Notes: generated by a model not told the origin, from the sequence alone. A stretch of 64,000 nt of DNA from the human T2T-CHM13v2.0 reference genome, Homo sapiens (GCF_009914755.1 NC_060934.1); one strand, 5' to 3'; positions 1 through 23,809 are shown, counted from the first letter of the stretch. A program made the numbers and translations.

Positions 1-365
1 CTAAATGGAAAACTGTGTAGATTGTTTATGTTGTTTAAGACCTTAAAAAAATAACTAGAATGATAGAGAATGAGTCTTGGTCACATTTTATTTCTTAACT
101 GCAAGTTGACTTATTTGGGGTATTTGAATTTTTAAACCTGAAAGCAAGAAAATTACTTCTAGTTAGTTACAAACAAAATAGCCCAAGATACTGCTATATT
201 CTGGAATGTTCTGCAGAAAGTGTGGTTTAGGATTTATGACAATGATGAAGAGAATAGCAAGATAGAATGGCTGACCTCTTCCTGCTTCACCTTGTACAGT
301 AGGGAGTCCTTGCAGAAAAAAATAACCTCGCAGCTTTGAAAAAGATCTGGGATCTAAAGTGAGAC

Positions 366-977
<612 letters not shown>

Positions 978-1039
978 AAAGTGAAGGACAGAATGAAGCC
1001 ATGAAAATCAGGAGTCATGAGGGCATTTTTCTCAAAATA

Positions 1040-1210
1040 TGGTGGTCCATGTATCCTCAGAGTCAGAATCTTCTGAGATGTTTACTATAAATACATATCC
1101 CTGGGTCTCATTCTAGAACTGCCGGGTGAAAATCTTTGGAAGAGAAGTTTGAGAACCTGTTAAACAAGCTCTCTAGGTAATTCTGTGCACGTTCAGTCTG
1201 AGAACTGCTG
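1040..1210. mobile_element. MER5-type hAT-Charlie MITE, degraded
   Basis: Motifs aaacaagctctctaggtaattctg and ctgagaactgctg resemble the recalled MER5A/B terminus. Confidence 0.6.
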
Positions 1211-1554
1211 CATCTGAAGAGGTAAGCCCAGACTGCTGTCAAGGTCAATTCTGCCTAATAGAGCCTCTTCCTGACATTCTGCCATTTCCATGACCATTTG
1301 GTGAGAAGTACTGCACTTAGCTTTTTCACACTTCTCAAAGTAACAGGTTTATGTGTATTCGTAAGGTTCCTTTTCAGTAAATGAAAATACATCTGGGAAG
1401 ATTCAGGGCTTCGCATTCATGTTCACATCTAACACCTGATTGAGACAATTGCTGTGATCTTGGGGGGATGTTCAACTTCAGGCAATGTTTTCTCAAAATC
1501 AAGTATTGATTGATGGATGGATTTTTAAGGTGAATGTCATCTCAAGATTTTATT

Positions 1555-1631
1555 AAAATATGGAACTCTTCATGAATTTGCATGTCATCCTTGCCCAGGG
1601 GCCATGCTAATCTTCTCGTATCATTCCCATT
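1555..1631 (-). pseudogene. U6 snRNA retropseudogene, 5'-truncated (about U6 nt 29-106)
   Basis: Plus strand aaaatatggaactcttcatgaatttgcatgtcatccttgcccaggggccatgctaatcttctc is the reverse complement of the U6 3' two-thirds. The ACAGAGA box has lost one base and the 5' stem-loop is absent. Confidence 0.95.
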
Positions 1632-1709
1632 CAAATTCGAATATTTAACTGGATGCTTATAAGGAAAAATAAATGTCCACCTTAGAGTTGTGACTTAAGA
1701 CTATTTTTT

Positions 1710-1840
1710 GGCCAGGTGCAGTAGCTCACACCTGAAATCTCAGCACGTTGGGAGGTGGAGGCAGGAGGGTTGCTTTAGCTGGGGAGTTTGAGACCAGCCC
1801 AGGCAATATAGTGAAACCACATCTCGACAAAAATAAATAA
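1710..1840 (+). mobile_element. Alu monomer (FLAM-like)
   Basis: Single left-arm Alu followed by an A-rich tail. Confidence 0.85.
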
Positions 1841-2183
1841 AGGCTATTTTAAATATAATGTTACATACATATGAGCAAATATAATATTAAATTCCTTAGT
1901 GTTATTGGTGTCTGAATCCAATACAAAATGTACAAATGAAATACAAACAAAACTATAAAACTAATAAAAATTAAAATTGGCAGCACAGATGAGACAGATG
2001 GTGTTGTTTGCTGAAACTAAATTGCTCATGTTAGGTTTATAGTAGTAGAAAGATGTAGCTTCAGGTGCACTTTTATTTTTGATTAAAGTAACATGACTGC
2101 AGATAAGGTTTTGTTTGCTAAATTGGAATAATTAGACTTCATACTTAACCAAACTTTCCCTAGCAAGCAATCCTTCAATGTCA

Positions 2184-2482
2184 CTTTTTTTTTTTTTTTT
2201 TGAGACGGGATCTCGCTCTGTCATGCAGGCTGGAAGACAGTGGTACAATCACAGCTCACTGCAGCCTTGATCTCATGGGCTTAAGAGATCCTCCCACCTC
2301 AACCTCTCGAGTAGCTGGGACTACAGGCATGAGCCACCACTCCTGGTTAATTTTTGTACTTTTTGTAGAGATGGAGTTTCATTATGTTGCCCGGGCTGGT
2401 CTTGAACCCCTGGGTGCAAGTGATCTGCCTGTTTCGGCGGCCCAAACTGCTAGGATTGCAGGCATCAGCCACTGTGGCCAGC
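2184..2482 (-). mobile_element. AluJ-type element
   Basis: Poly-T followed by a diverged antisense Alu dimer (acagctcactgcagccttg). Confidence 0.9.
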
Positions 2483-2806
2483 CTTCAACACAACTTTTAA
2501 TGACATTTTTCTGCAACTTTCAGACACCTACAGCCCTCTAGAGGAGGTGCTTTTCTATTTTCTGCAAAGAACAAGATAGTAAATATTTATAGGCTTTGTA
2601 GACTAACAGGCAAATTAAGGTATTATATAGGTACTTACAAAACAAGGAAATGTGTTTTTCACACAAGATACTGCTGGACACTGATATCAATCCTAGCATA
2701 AGATTTTAATTGTCTATATTCATTGCTTGAGGGCATTTATAGAATTTTATTATATTCTTTCTTTGATATTTGCCTTTTAACACATTACTACACTGCAGAT
2801 TAATCA

Positions 2807-3379
<573 letters not shown>

Positions 3380-3855
3380 TTATTGAATAGCAGTTTTGTA
3401 TACAACCTCTGTTTCGTCTTGTAGTTTGAGTCTTAATTCATTAAGAAACATTATCAAGTCTGCAGCAGAAGCTACTTTCCAAAGCCATTCAGAATTGTAG
3501 TGGTCGCAGAAAGTCCTCATTTAGAAAAATTTGTATCTTAACTATGAGGTTAAAAAAATATTCCATACAATTTTACCACTACAAAACCATCGAACTGCTG
3601 TGTGATAGGGCAAATGAGGATATTTGCTTCTATTTATGACAAAAATTCACGGGACTGAACACTATTAAGTCCATGAGAACAAATGAAGTTCACTGCTGAC
3701 ACTATTGGTTGAATAACACATGATAGAGTCAAATATTTTTCACATATGTACCTGTTGATGACTAGTACAATGAATACAAAGAAGTCTTCCAACACCTTGA
3801 ATTTTAAAAAAACTTTGTAAATTTGTTAAACTAGGCCTTTGTCTTCTCCACGTAA

Positions 3856-4008
3856 TTTTTTTTGGGATAGGATCTCACTCTGTCATCTAGGCTGGAGTGC
3901 AGTTGTGCTATCACAGCTCACTATAGCATCCAGCTCCTGGGCTCAAGCGAGCCTCCTACCCTAGCCTCCTGTGTAGCTGTGACTACAGGCATGCACCAGC
4001 ATGCTCAC

Positions 4009-4039
<31 letters not shown>

Positions 4040-4170
4040 GTAGAGATGGGTGTGTTGTGGGGGGAGTCTCTCTTTGTTGCCTAGGCTGGTCTTGAACTTC
4101 TGACTTTAAGCCATCCTCCCACCTTGACCTCCTAAAGCATTGGGATTACAGGCATGAGCCACCACACCTG
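3856..4170 (-). mobile_element. AluJ-type element
   Basis: Diverged antisense dimer with an expanded T linker. Confidence 0.88.
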
Positions 4171-4463
4171 ATTTTTATCACTATCCATTTTAACACATCT
4201 TAGTAGATTCCCCATGAGGGAATCTCATGGTGTTTTCTCGAGTTCTCTGAAAATATTCTCAATTATATTTATTCCATGTAGACCATTCATAGAGGCTAAC
4301 ATTCAGTGACTCAAACCAGGCATTGACTCCTTGAATAAACAACAACTGAATAGTGTTGGAAATACCTGTTGAGTCATTAGAAGCCAAGGAAAATCACTCA
4401 AAATCATTTGCATTGTTTTAAAATTGGCTATTGATGTTGCTCTCAATATCCTCAACTGTTTGA

Positions 4464-4772
<309 letters not shown>

Positions 4773-5146
4773 TTGAGTGACTGTTTTTTACCGAAAAGTG
4801 AATAGTCTTATACTAGTTTATTTTCTCTGGACACATTTCTTTGGCTTCTGAAATTAAATATGATTTAATTAATTCACCATCAGTAAATGTGTTTGCTTGC
4901 CTAACAAATGAGCCATTTGGAAATTTATTTTGGCTGCAGCTTCATTTTTATTTTCTGTTTTAGTGAAAAAAATTATGCTGTAATGAGATATTCTTTCTGA
5001 AATTTCCTAATTTTTCTGACCGGTTGCTTTCCTGTGAGTTGAGAATAGTGTGATGAATGCCTAGTCTGGTAATGCTGACCTATTACATGTTATTTTTTTC
5101 TTTAGCACATAATTCCTTGTCATCTAATTTGATGATAAAATAATTA

Positions 5147-5479
<333 letters not shown>

Positions 5480-5912
5480 TTAATTTCTATGAATTTTCCA
5501 GTTTTATTTCTGTAATTGATTCCTACCTTTATTCCATTGTGGTCAGAGAGGATACGTTGTATGATATTTTAAACAATCGACTGTTGGGTTGTGGCCTAAC
5601 AAAGGGTCTACCCTGGGTAACTTTCCATGTACACCTGAGAAGAGTGTGTATCCTGTTGTTGCTGGGTAGACTGTTCTATGTATATAACTGTTCTATGTAT
5701 ATAACTGTATATGTCTAATAGACAGACAGTTGGTTTATTTTGTTAAATCGTCTATTTCCTTACTTATCTTCTGTCTGGTTGTTCTATCCATTATTGACAG
5801 TGGGGCATTAAAGTCTACAACTGTTATCCTAGAACTGTTTATTTCTCCCTTCAAGTCTATTAGTTTGTGCTTTACATATTTTGATGGTCTGTGAGGTGCA
5901 TAGATATTTATA

Positions 5913-6500
<588 letters not shown>

Positions 6501-7048
6501 TAAATCTTCTTGCTGTACTGAACCTTTTTATTAATCTATAATGTCTTTCTTTGTCAATTGTAACTTTAAAAAATTTAAAGTCTATTTTGTCTAATATTAG
6601 TATAGCCATCCCTGTCCTATTTTACTTACTATTTGCATGGAATATCTTTTTCCATTTTTTCACTTCCAACGGATTGTGTCTTTGGATCTAATAAAAATCA
6701 TCTGAAGATAGCATATAAGTGGATCAGGTGCTTTATCTATGCTGCTAATCTCTGATTTTTGATTGGAGAATTTAATTCATTTACATTTAAAGAGATCACT
6801 GATAAGGTGGGTTTTCTGTCATTTTGCTATTTTTTTCTATATGCCTTATAACTTTTTTGTCCCATGCTTCCTGCCTTACTATCTTTTGTGTTTACTTGAT
6901 TTTTTTATAGTGGAACATCTAAGTTAATTTCTCATTTCGTTGTGTGTATATCTGCAACTATTTTCTCTGGTTACCATGGAGATCGCATTTAACTTCCTAA
7001 AGTTATAAAATTCTAATTTGGATTTATACCACTTTAACTTAACATACA

Positions 7049-7358
7049 AGGCTGGGCGGTGGCTCACACCTGTAATTCCAGCACTCTGGGGGGTCAAGGT
7101 GGCTGGATCACAAGGTCAGGAGTTCAAGACCAGCCTGGCCAGGATGGTGAAACCCCATCTCTACTAAAAATACAAAAATTAGCTGGGTGTGGTGGCGGGT
7201 GCCTGTAATCCCAGCTACTAGGGAGGCTGAGGCAGAGAACTGCTTGAACCCAGGAGGCGGAGGTTGCAGTGAGCTGAGATCGTGCCACTGAACTCCAGCC
7301 TGGGCGACAGAGAGAGACTCTGTCTCAAAAATAAAACATTAAAAAAAAAAAAAAAAAA
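7049..7358 (+). mobile_element. AluS
   Basis: Full dimer with poly-A, inside the L1. Confidence 0.92.
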
Positions 7359-7776
7359 TTCCACTCCTTTATAGCTAGGTCCTCACTCCTCTTGATTGTT
7401 GGTGTCACGAAATTACATGTTTATAATGTGCTGCCCCAAGCCATAAACTAATAATTATTTTAAGTGCATTTGTGTCTTAAAAGTAAAAAACAAAATGTGG
7501 AATTACAACTCAAAGTTATAATAATACTAGATTTTTGACTAATTTTTAAAAATGTATTAGTCTCTTAAGAGACTATCATATAGTCTATCATATAGAAAAC
7601 AAAAAGTGAAGTTAAAAACCCTTGTTACAATAATACCACCTTGTATAATGGCCCATGTATTTACCTTTATTGAAATCTTTGTTTCTCCATATGGCTTCCA
7701 GTTACTGCCTAATGTCCTTACATTTCACACTGTATGACTTTCTTGAGCATTTATTGTGGGGCAGGTCTAGTGGTAA

Positions 7777-7910
7777 TTCTCTCTTTCTTTTCTTTTTTCT
7801 TTTCTTTTCTCCTCCCTCCCTCCCTCCCTTCCTTCCTCTTTCTTTCTCTCTCTCTTTCTCCCTTTCTTTTTTTCCTTTCTTTCTCTCTCTCTTTCTCTCT
7901 CTTTCTTTCT
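7777..7910. repeat. Polypyrimidine (CT/CTTT/CCTT) low-complexity tract, tail of an antisense FLAM-like monomer at 7912-8038
   Basis: About 134 bp containing only C and T, directly abutting the monomer poly-T. Confidence 0.9.
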
Positions 7911-8679
7911 GTTTTTTTTTTTGAGACAGGATCTCGCTATGTTACTCAGGCTGGTCTCAGACTCCTGGGCTCGGGTGATCCTCTCTCCTCAGTCTCCTGA
8001 GCAACCAGGATTGCAGGCACACACCACTACACCTGGCTCTCCCTCATTTTTTATCTGGGAAGGTCTTAATTTCTCCCTCACTTTTGAAGAACTGTTAAGC
8101 CAAATGCAAGATTCTTGCTGTTGTTTGTTTTGTTTTCTTTTAGCACTTTGCATACCTTGGCTCACTGTCTTCTGGCCTGCAGAGTCTCTGGGAGAAATGT
8201 GCTGACAGTCTTATTGAGAGACCCTTGTATGTGATGAACCCCTTCCCTCTTGCTGCTCTCAAGATTTTCTCTTTGTCTCTCAAAAGTCTGATTCTAATGT
8301 GTCTTGGTGTGAGTCTTTGAGTTTATCTTACCTGGAGTTTATCGAGCTTCTTGGATGTTTATATTCATATCTTTCATCAAGTTTGGGATGTTTTCAGCCA
8401 TTACTTCTTTGAATATTCTCTTGGCTTTCCCCTTCTTCTTCTGGGATTAGACTTCCATAATATGTATGTTGGTCTACTTGGTGGTGTCCCACAAGTCCCT
8501 TAGATTCTGTTTACTTTTCTTCAATCTTTTTTCCTTCTGTTCCTTAGACTCAATAATTTCCACTGTCTTTTCTTTAACTTTACTGACTCCTCCTTCTGCC
8601 TGCTCAAATCTGCCTTTGAATCCCTCTAGTGAATTTTTCATTTTATTGTGCTTTTCAGCTCTAGAATTTTTTTGTTTCT

Positions 8680-8773
8680 TTGGGAGGCAGAGGTTGCAGT
8701 GAGCCAAAATCGTGCCACTGCACTCCAGCCTGGGCGACAGAGTGAGACTCTGTCTCTAAATAAATAAATAAAA
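8680..8773 (+). mobile_element. 5'-truncated Alu 3' fragment
   Basis: gggaggcagaggttgcagtgagcc...ctctgtctc followed by (TAAA)n, inside L1 ORF1. Confidence 0.88.
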
Positions 8774-9257
8774 CACAGTAACTCTGGAAATCAGATTCTC
8801 AGAGTTTGCTGTTCTTTGTTATGGTTTTTGTTTATTGTTGTTATTGTTAACAACTGCCTTTGTGACAAGAAGTCAGGCTGAGGTGAAAAGCTGATGTCTT
8901 CTGAGGCCTCTTCTGAGCCTGTGCCTTTCCCTGGGCAGGTGTGAGTACTTCCTAATTTTCCCTGTATATGCAGTTGCTTTTGACTATCCCAGACTTTAGT
9001 ATCTGACTCCCAAGGGGGAAAGAAAGAAAAAATGAAGGTGGGGGAAGAGTGCTGGCCCTTCATTTCCAGAGGAGGAGGGTCTTGCCACAATGACAGAGGT
9101 GCAACAAAATCATCCACCTGCTTCTTTTTGCCTCTGTAATCAAAAGCAGCAACCAGTGATTCTGATATTTGTGGAGATTCCTAATAGTTGGAGGATAGGG
9201 CTTCTTTGCCGACCCTGGCTCCTGCAAGTTGGTTCAATCTGCCTTAGAAACACATGT

Positions 9258-9545
9258 GGGGTACAGTGGCTCACGCCTTTCCCAGCACTTTGGGAGGCCG
9301 AGGTGGGCGGATCATGAGGTCAGGAGTTCAAGACCAGCCTGGCCAACAGAGTGAAACCCTGTCTCTACTAAAAATACAAAAATAAGCTGAGTGTGGTGGC
9401 ATGAGCCTGTAGTCCCAGCTACTTGGGGAGGCTGAGGCAGGAGAATGATTGAACCTGGGAGGCGGAGTTTGCAGTGAGCCGAGATCGAGCCACTGCACTC
9501 CAGCCTGGGTGACAGAGAGAGACTGTCTTAAAAAAAAAAAAAAAA
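9258..9545 (+). mobile_element. AluS
   Basis: Full dimer flanked by gaaacacatg on both sides. Confidence 0.9.
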
Positions 9546-9879
9546 GGAAACACATGCACTGCTGCCTGCCGTGGGGAAAGGTGGTGAGGAAAAGGGTAGC
9601 TGCTACCGCACCAAGAGCTGAAATTGACCAAAATTAACCACAATTTACCATCTAAGTCATTCTGCTGAAAGCTGCAAGTCTTCAATAGATTCCAGAGTTC
9701 TAAAACAGTTATGACAAAGAGATTCTGCCCGGGTAATTGTTATCTAGATAGGGAGACCGATTCTTGGTGCTTCCTATTCGATCATCTTTCCAGAATCCTC
9801 TGTCCAGGCCTTTGTTTGAAAGTATAGCTTTAAATCTTGTTATTTTTCCTTGGGTGGGGTTTTATTTTCAGCCTTATTT

Positions 9880-10408
<529 letters not shown>

Positions 10409-11434
10409 CCAGTCCTATTTTTTTTTTAATGTAGAAAAGAAAATGTGGGCTCTTCTTAAGGAAATTTTATGCATAATCAAACAACATACTTTTTTTTTTT
10501 TTTAAAGGGACCCTGGGGCATCCCATTGGCTCAGAAAATCACTTGCTCTTCAAACTCTTACAGCCATTTTCTATTATACTAATGTCCCAGGAAGAAAGCA
10601 AAACTACCAGGGCCAGAGAAAGCACGGCAATCTCTATGTTGGGACTAAGAATTTGATCCTGTTCATGCTTTGTCTTTCTACTTCCACCTTCAGTGCCTTT
10701 TTCTGTTCTTTTCCGGTGCTCTCTTTTCTCTCTTTTCTCCTCTCCCCCATGCCTCTTGTGGTATCATGCTACCTCATCCTTCCTATCATGACCAAGGCAT
10801 TTGATGAACTCATTCCTGCCAGCTCTTCTCAGAGTCTGAGTCAGACAGGACCACAGGGAGAAAAGACTCTTGAATCATGGGACTTACATTTGGGTTAAAG
10901 CACAGACCAAATGCTGTATGTAAGAGCCTACCTCTGCAAGGCTGCCCCTGCTCCCACTATTGCACCCATCCTGCCAGGGGCCGACTGGGCTGACACCATC
11001 ATTCCCATCACTCCCACCACTCCCCTCCCCTCCCAGAATTGCAATAGTATGTCAAATCTGGGACCCCGATCAGGGATCTGGGAAGTTGAGAAAGCATCCA
11101 GTTGGCAAACTAAGATATGGGTTTCACCCTAAGAAAAGAGTTTTAAATGCTGGCTGTGCATGAAAATTGCCTGGGAAATTTTAGAAGAATGTAAGCGCCT
11201 GTGCCCCATCTGAGGTCAATCAGGTCATTTGATGTGGTTTAGAATAACTGCCCAGTTAACATTGCCAGGCAGGGACTGTCACCAGGACATAATTTCTCTT
11301 CTCCACATCCAAATCCTGACCAATGCCTAATGGAAGGGACTTTTGGGATCCTTGAGTTACATTAGAAGCTGATAGTTCCATTTAAAGATCGTGGCAGTTC
11401 CTGCAAGGCTTGGTGTGTTAAGTGTGTGAACAGT

Positions 11435-13264
<1,830 letters not shown>

Positions 13265-13537
13265 GCATGAGTCAATTATAAACTAATTATATCATTGATT
13301 GATATTGGGACTGGGGAGTCTAAAAGTTTGGATTATCCTGGTATTGACTTTCCTTTAGATTCTCTAGAAAGCATCTTGAAGAAACATTATACTGACCTTA
13401 GGCTTCTCTTAACCAGTCTTTTCTCGGAAGAGTTTTAAAGTACCTTGACTCAATCCATAACTTGAGAAAATATGGAAGAAATGAAACATGAAAAAAATTC
13501 TCACTCTAAGAACAGTGTTCTAAAAGGAAAAAAAAAA

Positions 13538-14170
<633 letters not shown>

Positions 14171-14244
14171 AAGGGGAGGGGAGGAGAGAGGAAAGGAAAG
14201 GGACAGAAGGAAAGCAAAAGGTAAAATACATCATTAAAGACATT

Positions 14245-15695
<1,451 letters not shown>

Positions 15696-16139
15696 GCACT
15701 CTTAATTTCTTAAAGGGGGAGGGATGATAGCAAGAGAATCCTTGTGTCTCTACTTTTAACAAATGATGATGAAATATTTGGGGACTGCCTACAATGAAAA
15801 TCTTCACAATCAAACGACTAGGAATAGGCTGAGGGTATTAGTAGACTGGTGACCTATTGCGATGGACATAATGTGAAGAAATAATTCCGGCATCTTACGT
15901 ACTAATCTCATTCTTTCCTTGTCAAAGGAAAACAAATTAGATAAATAAAGAAGAAAGCTGAAGATTAGTGTTCTTTTTAACTTGACAAATAATGATGTGT
16001 ATGTTTATGGGTGGAGATTAGGGTTTCTACAGTTGTTTTAGTTGTGAATTTCTGGGCCTTTCCACTGTCATTTATTAAACTTCACTTTGCAACTTTGGTG
16101 CATAAATCAGTTACTTCTGTGGAGGCCTCTTGCCTGCAG

Positions 16140-16310
16140 TGAGCCCTGTGCGCTAGGTCTTGACCGTGCAGCCAGCGTTGAGAGCTGGGGGAGACAGCAG
16201 CGAGAGGCCCACGCCAAGCGCCTGAAGGTGCCGCTCCCGGCCGGCTTTGAATGAGGAGCTGAGGATGCACACAGGCGTCCTGTCACTGAAGCAGGGCACG
16301 GGTTGCCTTA
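16140..16310. promoter_or_regulatory. Candidate regulatory patch with a CTCF-like motif
   Basis: About 11 CpGs in 160 bp of apparently non-repeat DNA. CCTGAAGGTGCCGC (16221-16234) matches the CTCF core CCAGCAGGTGGCGC at 11/14 positions. Confidence 0.35.
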
Positions 16311-16619
16311 TATGTGAAGTTTCCTTAGTGGTTAAGGAGAAGGGGGCTTTTCAGGGAATGGCTCTCCAAAGCACATAGCTTCTGAGAGGAGCATAGAAGA
16401 AGGTCTAGTGGGTTGGCCAAGGTGGGGCAGATATGAAGCCCACCAGCGTGTCACTGGCATGCTTGCTGCCTCCCACGCTGTCAGAGTCACACCTGCAGGC
16501 CACCGGGAGAGGCTGTGGGTCACACAGCAGAAGCCAGCCCCACTCTTTACATTCTACAAGCACAATTATTTGAAAATTTAAAATTCTAAATGACATAAGC
16601 CATCCCTGGGTTGTTATGA

Positions 16620-17032
<413 letters not shown>

Positions 17033-17404
17033 TGATTTTTTGATCACTTGGTGGAGGAATTCCATGTAGCAGACTGATTTAAAACATTCTCTCTCTCACG
17101 CGTGGACACAGGCACACATTTCTCCTGTTCTATTACTTCCCCATATAGAGGATCCTCCTGTGCTGCAATGAAAATACTTCTCATTAACCATAAACGAACC
17201 GAACAGAATGTAACAAGAGCCCTAATGCAATGTCGGTCACAGAGATAGCCCTACAGTGGGTGATGCGGGGGGAATCGTTAGCATCAGGAAGGGTGTCATT
17301 AAGCGTTCTTATTTTTTACTTGTATAGATTTAGAAAGTGTTGACCTGATTTGAATGTAATTCATTCCACTTTCTAGGGCTCTCCTTGAAAGATGACCTAC
17401 TGTC

Positions 17405-17928
<524 letters not shown>

Positions 17929-18524
17929 GAGGATAATTCCAGCCTCATCCTCGGGCTTTTGTGGGAAGCTTCTTCCCTGGTGGGCCTCTTTCTTCTCCAA
18001 TTCTCCTTCCTGTTGACATGCTCAAACACTCTGGGGCTGGCTCATTCTTTTGTTGCCAAATGAGGAACAGGCTAAAGAGCCCAGCGTGGAGCTGTCACCC
18101 CGTTCTGCTGGGATACACAGCTGACAGTCCAACATGTCCATGGTGGTGGGCATGGGGGTAGATTTGGTCTGAGTCTGGCAGGAAGCCAGAGGAGAGGTTC
18201 TGACAATGATATAGATGTAAAAGGAAGACGATGGGGCCCTGGTTGCTCCCTCTTGTGACAGAAAACACTGCTTCCAAGTATCGATTCCCAGGATGAAAAA
18301 CCAAAGAAACTAATAAAAAGGACAGTGTGGGCACGAGTGCTGCCCTTTTGTTCCTTACATGTTCCTGCTTGAGTTGTGCAATGTCGGGTAAATAGCTGAG
18401 CGGTGGAATAAAGTCACTGATTTACTAAGTTGAAAAAACTGATGGGTTAACCCATAGCTGAAAAAGTAAGAATTATTTTTGAGATGGGGTGTTGTTGATG
18501 GCTGATGTGATACTTCAGTTCTTA

Positions 18525-20983
<2,459 letters not shown>

Positions 20984-21262
20984 AAATAGAAAAATAGAAG
21001 AAAGGGGAGGAATTACCAATGTGTCCTCCATGACTCACATCCAGTGACATCAGACTTGTCACTTTCTTGTTTCAGGGTTGATAAACTAATTGTAGAGACA
21101 TTTTCAGATTTTGTTCTCACTATGCAAAAATTAAAATTTTAAAATAACATATTTTTGGTTTTTGCCTGAATTGGTGCATGTGCTGGAAGTGTGAGTGCTC
21201 CAATTTGCCCAGAGTCCACAACAACACCTGCCAATCATGCTGTCGCTTTTTTGTTGCTCTAA

Positions 21263-21626
<364 letters not shown>

Positions 21627-21654
21627 TTGGTATATTTTTATTGAGTTAAAGTTT

Positions 21655-22180
21655 ATAACAGTTTCTGGCCTGACATGTAAGGGATTAGAAGTCACGCTCT
21701 GTTATAACAAGTAAAAAGCTGAACAAACTGAAAAATCAACAGCTCCTTTTAGATCTCTCAGAGAAGTGAAGTCACAGGGAAAACCACTGTCCCCAGAATT
21801 GAAGAGACAAACAGGCAGTTATGGAAAACCACAACTTAATAGAGCAGAAACCCACAAACAAAAATCTCCCCAGGAATCAGCTCCAGGACAGGAAAACTTG
21901 AACTGCAGTGGATGGATTGCTGAAGGTTCAGCGTGGAGAAGCCTGAGAGTTAAAAACTTCAGGGGGAGCCATTCAGAAAAGAGTCCCACACACTCCTTTG
22001 AATTTACCTCCCAGAGCTCTACCAGGTCCTCACAATGAAGGCTGAAGAAAAATCCCCTGTGCTTCTGGCAGGGGGAAGGGAAAGTCTCCATTCTGAAATA
22101 CCCGAGCATTCTGTTCTCAACAAGGCCAGCCCTCAGGAGAAACTATTTTACCAGAGCCTAACCTGCTAGGCTTTTCTGAA
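21655..22180 (+). mobile_element. Old L1M 5'UTR fragment
   Basis: aaaaagctgaacaaactgaaaaatcaacagctc...ggcagggggaaggg...ttctgaaatacc resembles recalled L1M 5'-end consensus sequences. Confidence 0.6.
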
Positions 22181-22563
22181 AGACAGGGTCACCCAGGCTA
22201 AAGTGCAGCCTGACTGCTGTCCTCTGAGAGGAGAAATCTGAGCTTCCCACTCTGCACCTCCACCATCTGTCTTTGCAGCTCATTCCCTCCTTCACCGATG
22301 CCAGAGTGGCCCCTCCAACCCCACTGGGGCTTGTAATCCATTTCCTTGGCGCTTTGCCCTCTGCCCCCCTTGGCAACCCCCTTGGGTTCCACAGTGCATT
22401 ATTATAATTAACCTCTGGCTTACACCCTCAACTCACATGCTCCTTTCTTTCTGTTGTACTTGAGGTACAATGCTGGCCCCAGTGAAAATACCACTAATGG
22501 CTCACTCTTCACTTGCACTCAGGCAGCTGAAGCCAAATGGAGAAAAATGCAAACCCATGATGA

Positions 22564-22888
<325 letters not shown>

Positions 22889-23652
22889 TTTTTTTTTTTT
22901 TTTAACTTTTTACATTCAGGGGTACATGTGCAGGTTTGTTACATAGATAAACCTGTATCATGGAGGTTTGTTGTGCAGATTATTTCATCACCCAGATATT
23001 AGGCCTAGCGGCCATTAGTTATTTTTCCTGATCCTCTTCTTCTTCCCACCCTTCACCTCACACCCTTTGTGTCCATGTGTTCTCATCATTTAGCTCCCAC
23101 ATATAAGTGAGAACATGTGATGTTTGGTTTTCTGTTCCTGCGTTAGTTTGCTAAGGATAATGGCCTTCAGCTGTATCTGTGTTCCTGCAAAGGACATGAT
23201 GTTGTTCTTTTTTATGGCTGCATAGTATTCCATGGTGTATATGTACCACATTTTCTTTATCCAGTCTACCATTGATGGGCATTTAGGCTGATTCCATGTC
23301 TTTGGTATTGTGAATAGTGCTGCAATGAACATATGTGTGCATGTGTCTTTATGATGGAATGATTTATTTTCTGTTAAGTATATACCCAGTAATGGAATTG
23401 CTGGGTTGAATGGTGGTTCTGTTTTTAGGTCTTTGAGGAATCACCAGTATTTTCCACAATGGTTGAACTAATTTACACTCCCACCAACATTGTATAAGTG
23501 TTCCTTTCTCTCCACAACTTTGCTAGCACCTTTTTTTTTTTTGACTTTTTAATAATGGTCACTCTGACTGGTGTGAGATGGTATGTCACTGTGGTTTTGA
23601 TTTGCCTTTCTCTAATGATCAGTGGTGTTGAGCTTTTTTTCACATGCTTGTT
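22889..23652 (-). mobile_element. L1PA (older primate subfamily) 3' end
   Basis: Poly-T and L1 3'UTR. ORF 23090-23332(-) MFIAALFTIPKTWNQPKCPSMVDWIKKMWYIYTMEYYAAIKK is the ORF2 C-terminus. Confidence 0.93.
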
Positions 23653-23809
23653 ACAAATTGCTATAAACTTCAAGTGTGCTCTTGGTGCTGCCTGGAAGTC
23701 CTACATTTCCCTAATCCATTCTCTTTCCCGTTCTCCTAAATGCCTATTTCTCCTTAATCTTGTCTGCTCACATCCCAAAACCTCCTCATCCTCCTCATTC
23801 TTAATTAAC

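Noticed and set aside
242-275. ATGATGA...CTGA resembling snoRNA C and D boxes
   Set aside because: Spacing is far too short and there is no terminal stem.
8474-8707. ORF with clear L1 ORF1p similarity
   Set aside because: Short remnant of a decayed L1 that starts inside an Alu fragment. Not a functional CDS.
10911-11163. Pro/Thr-rich ORFs in unique DNA
   Set aside because: Short, with no recognisable homology and no convincing splice or Kozak context.
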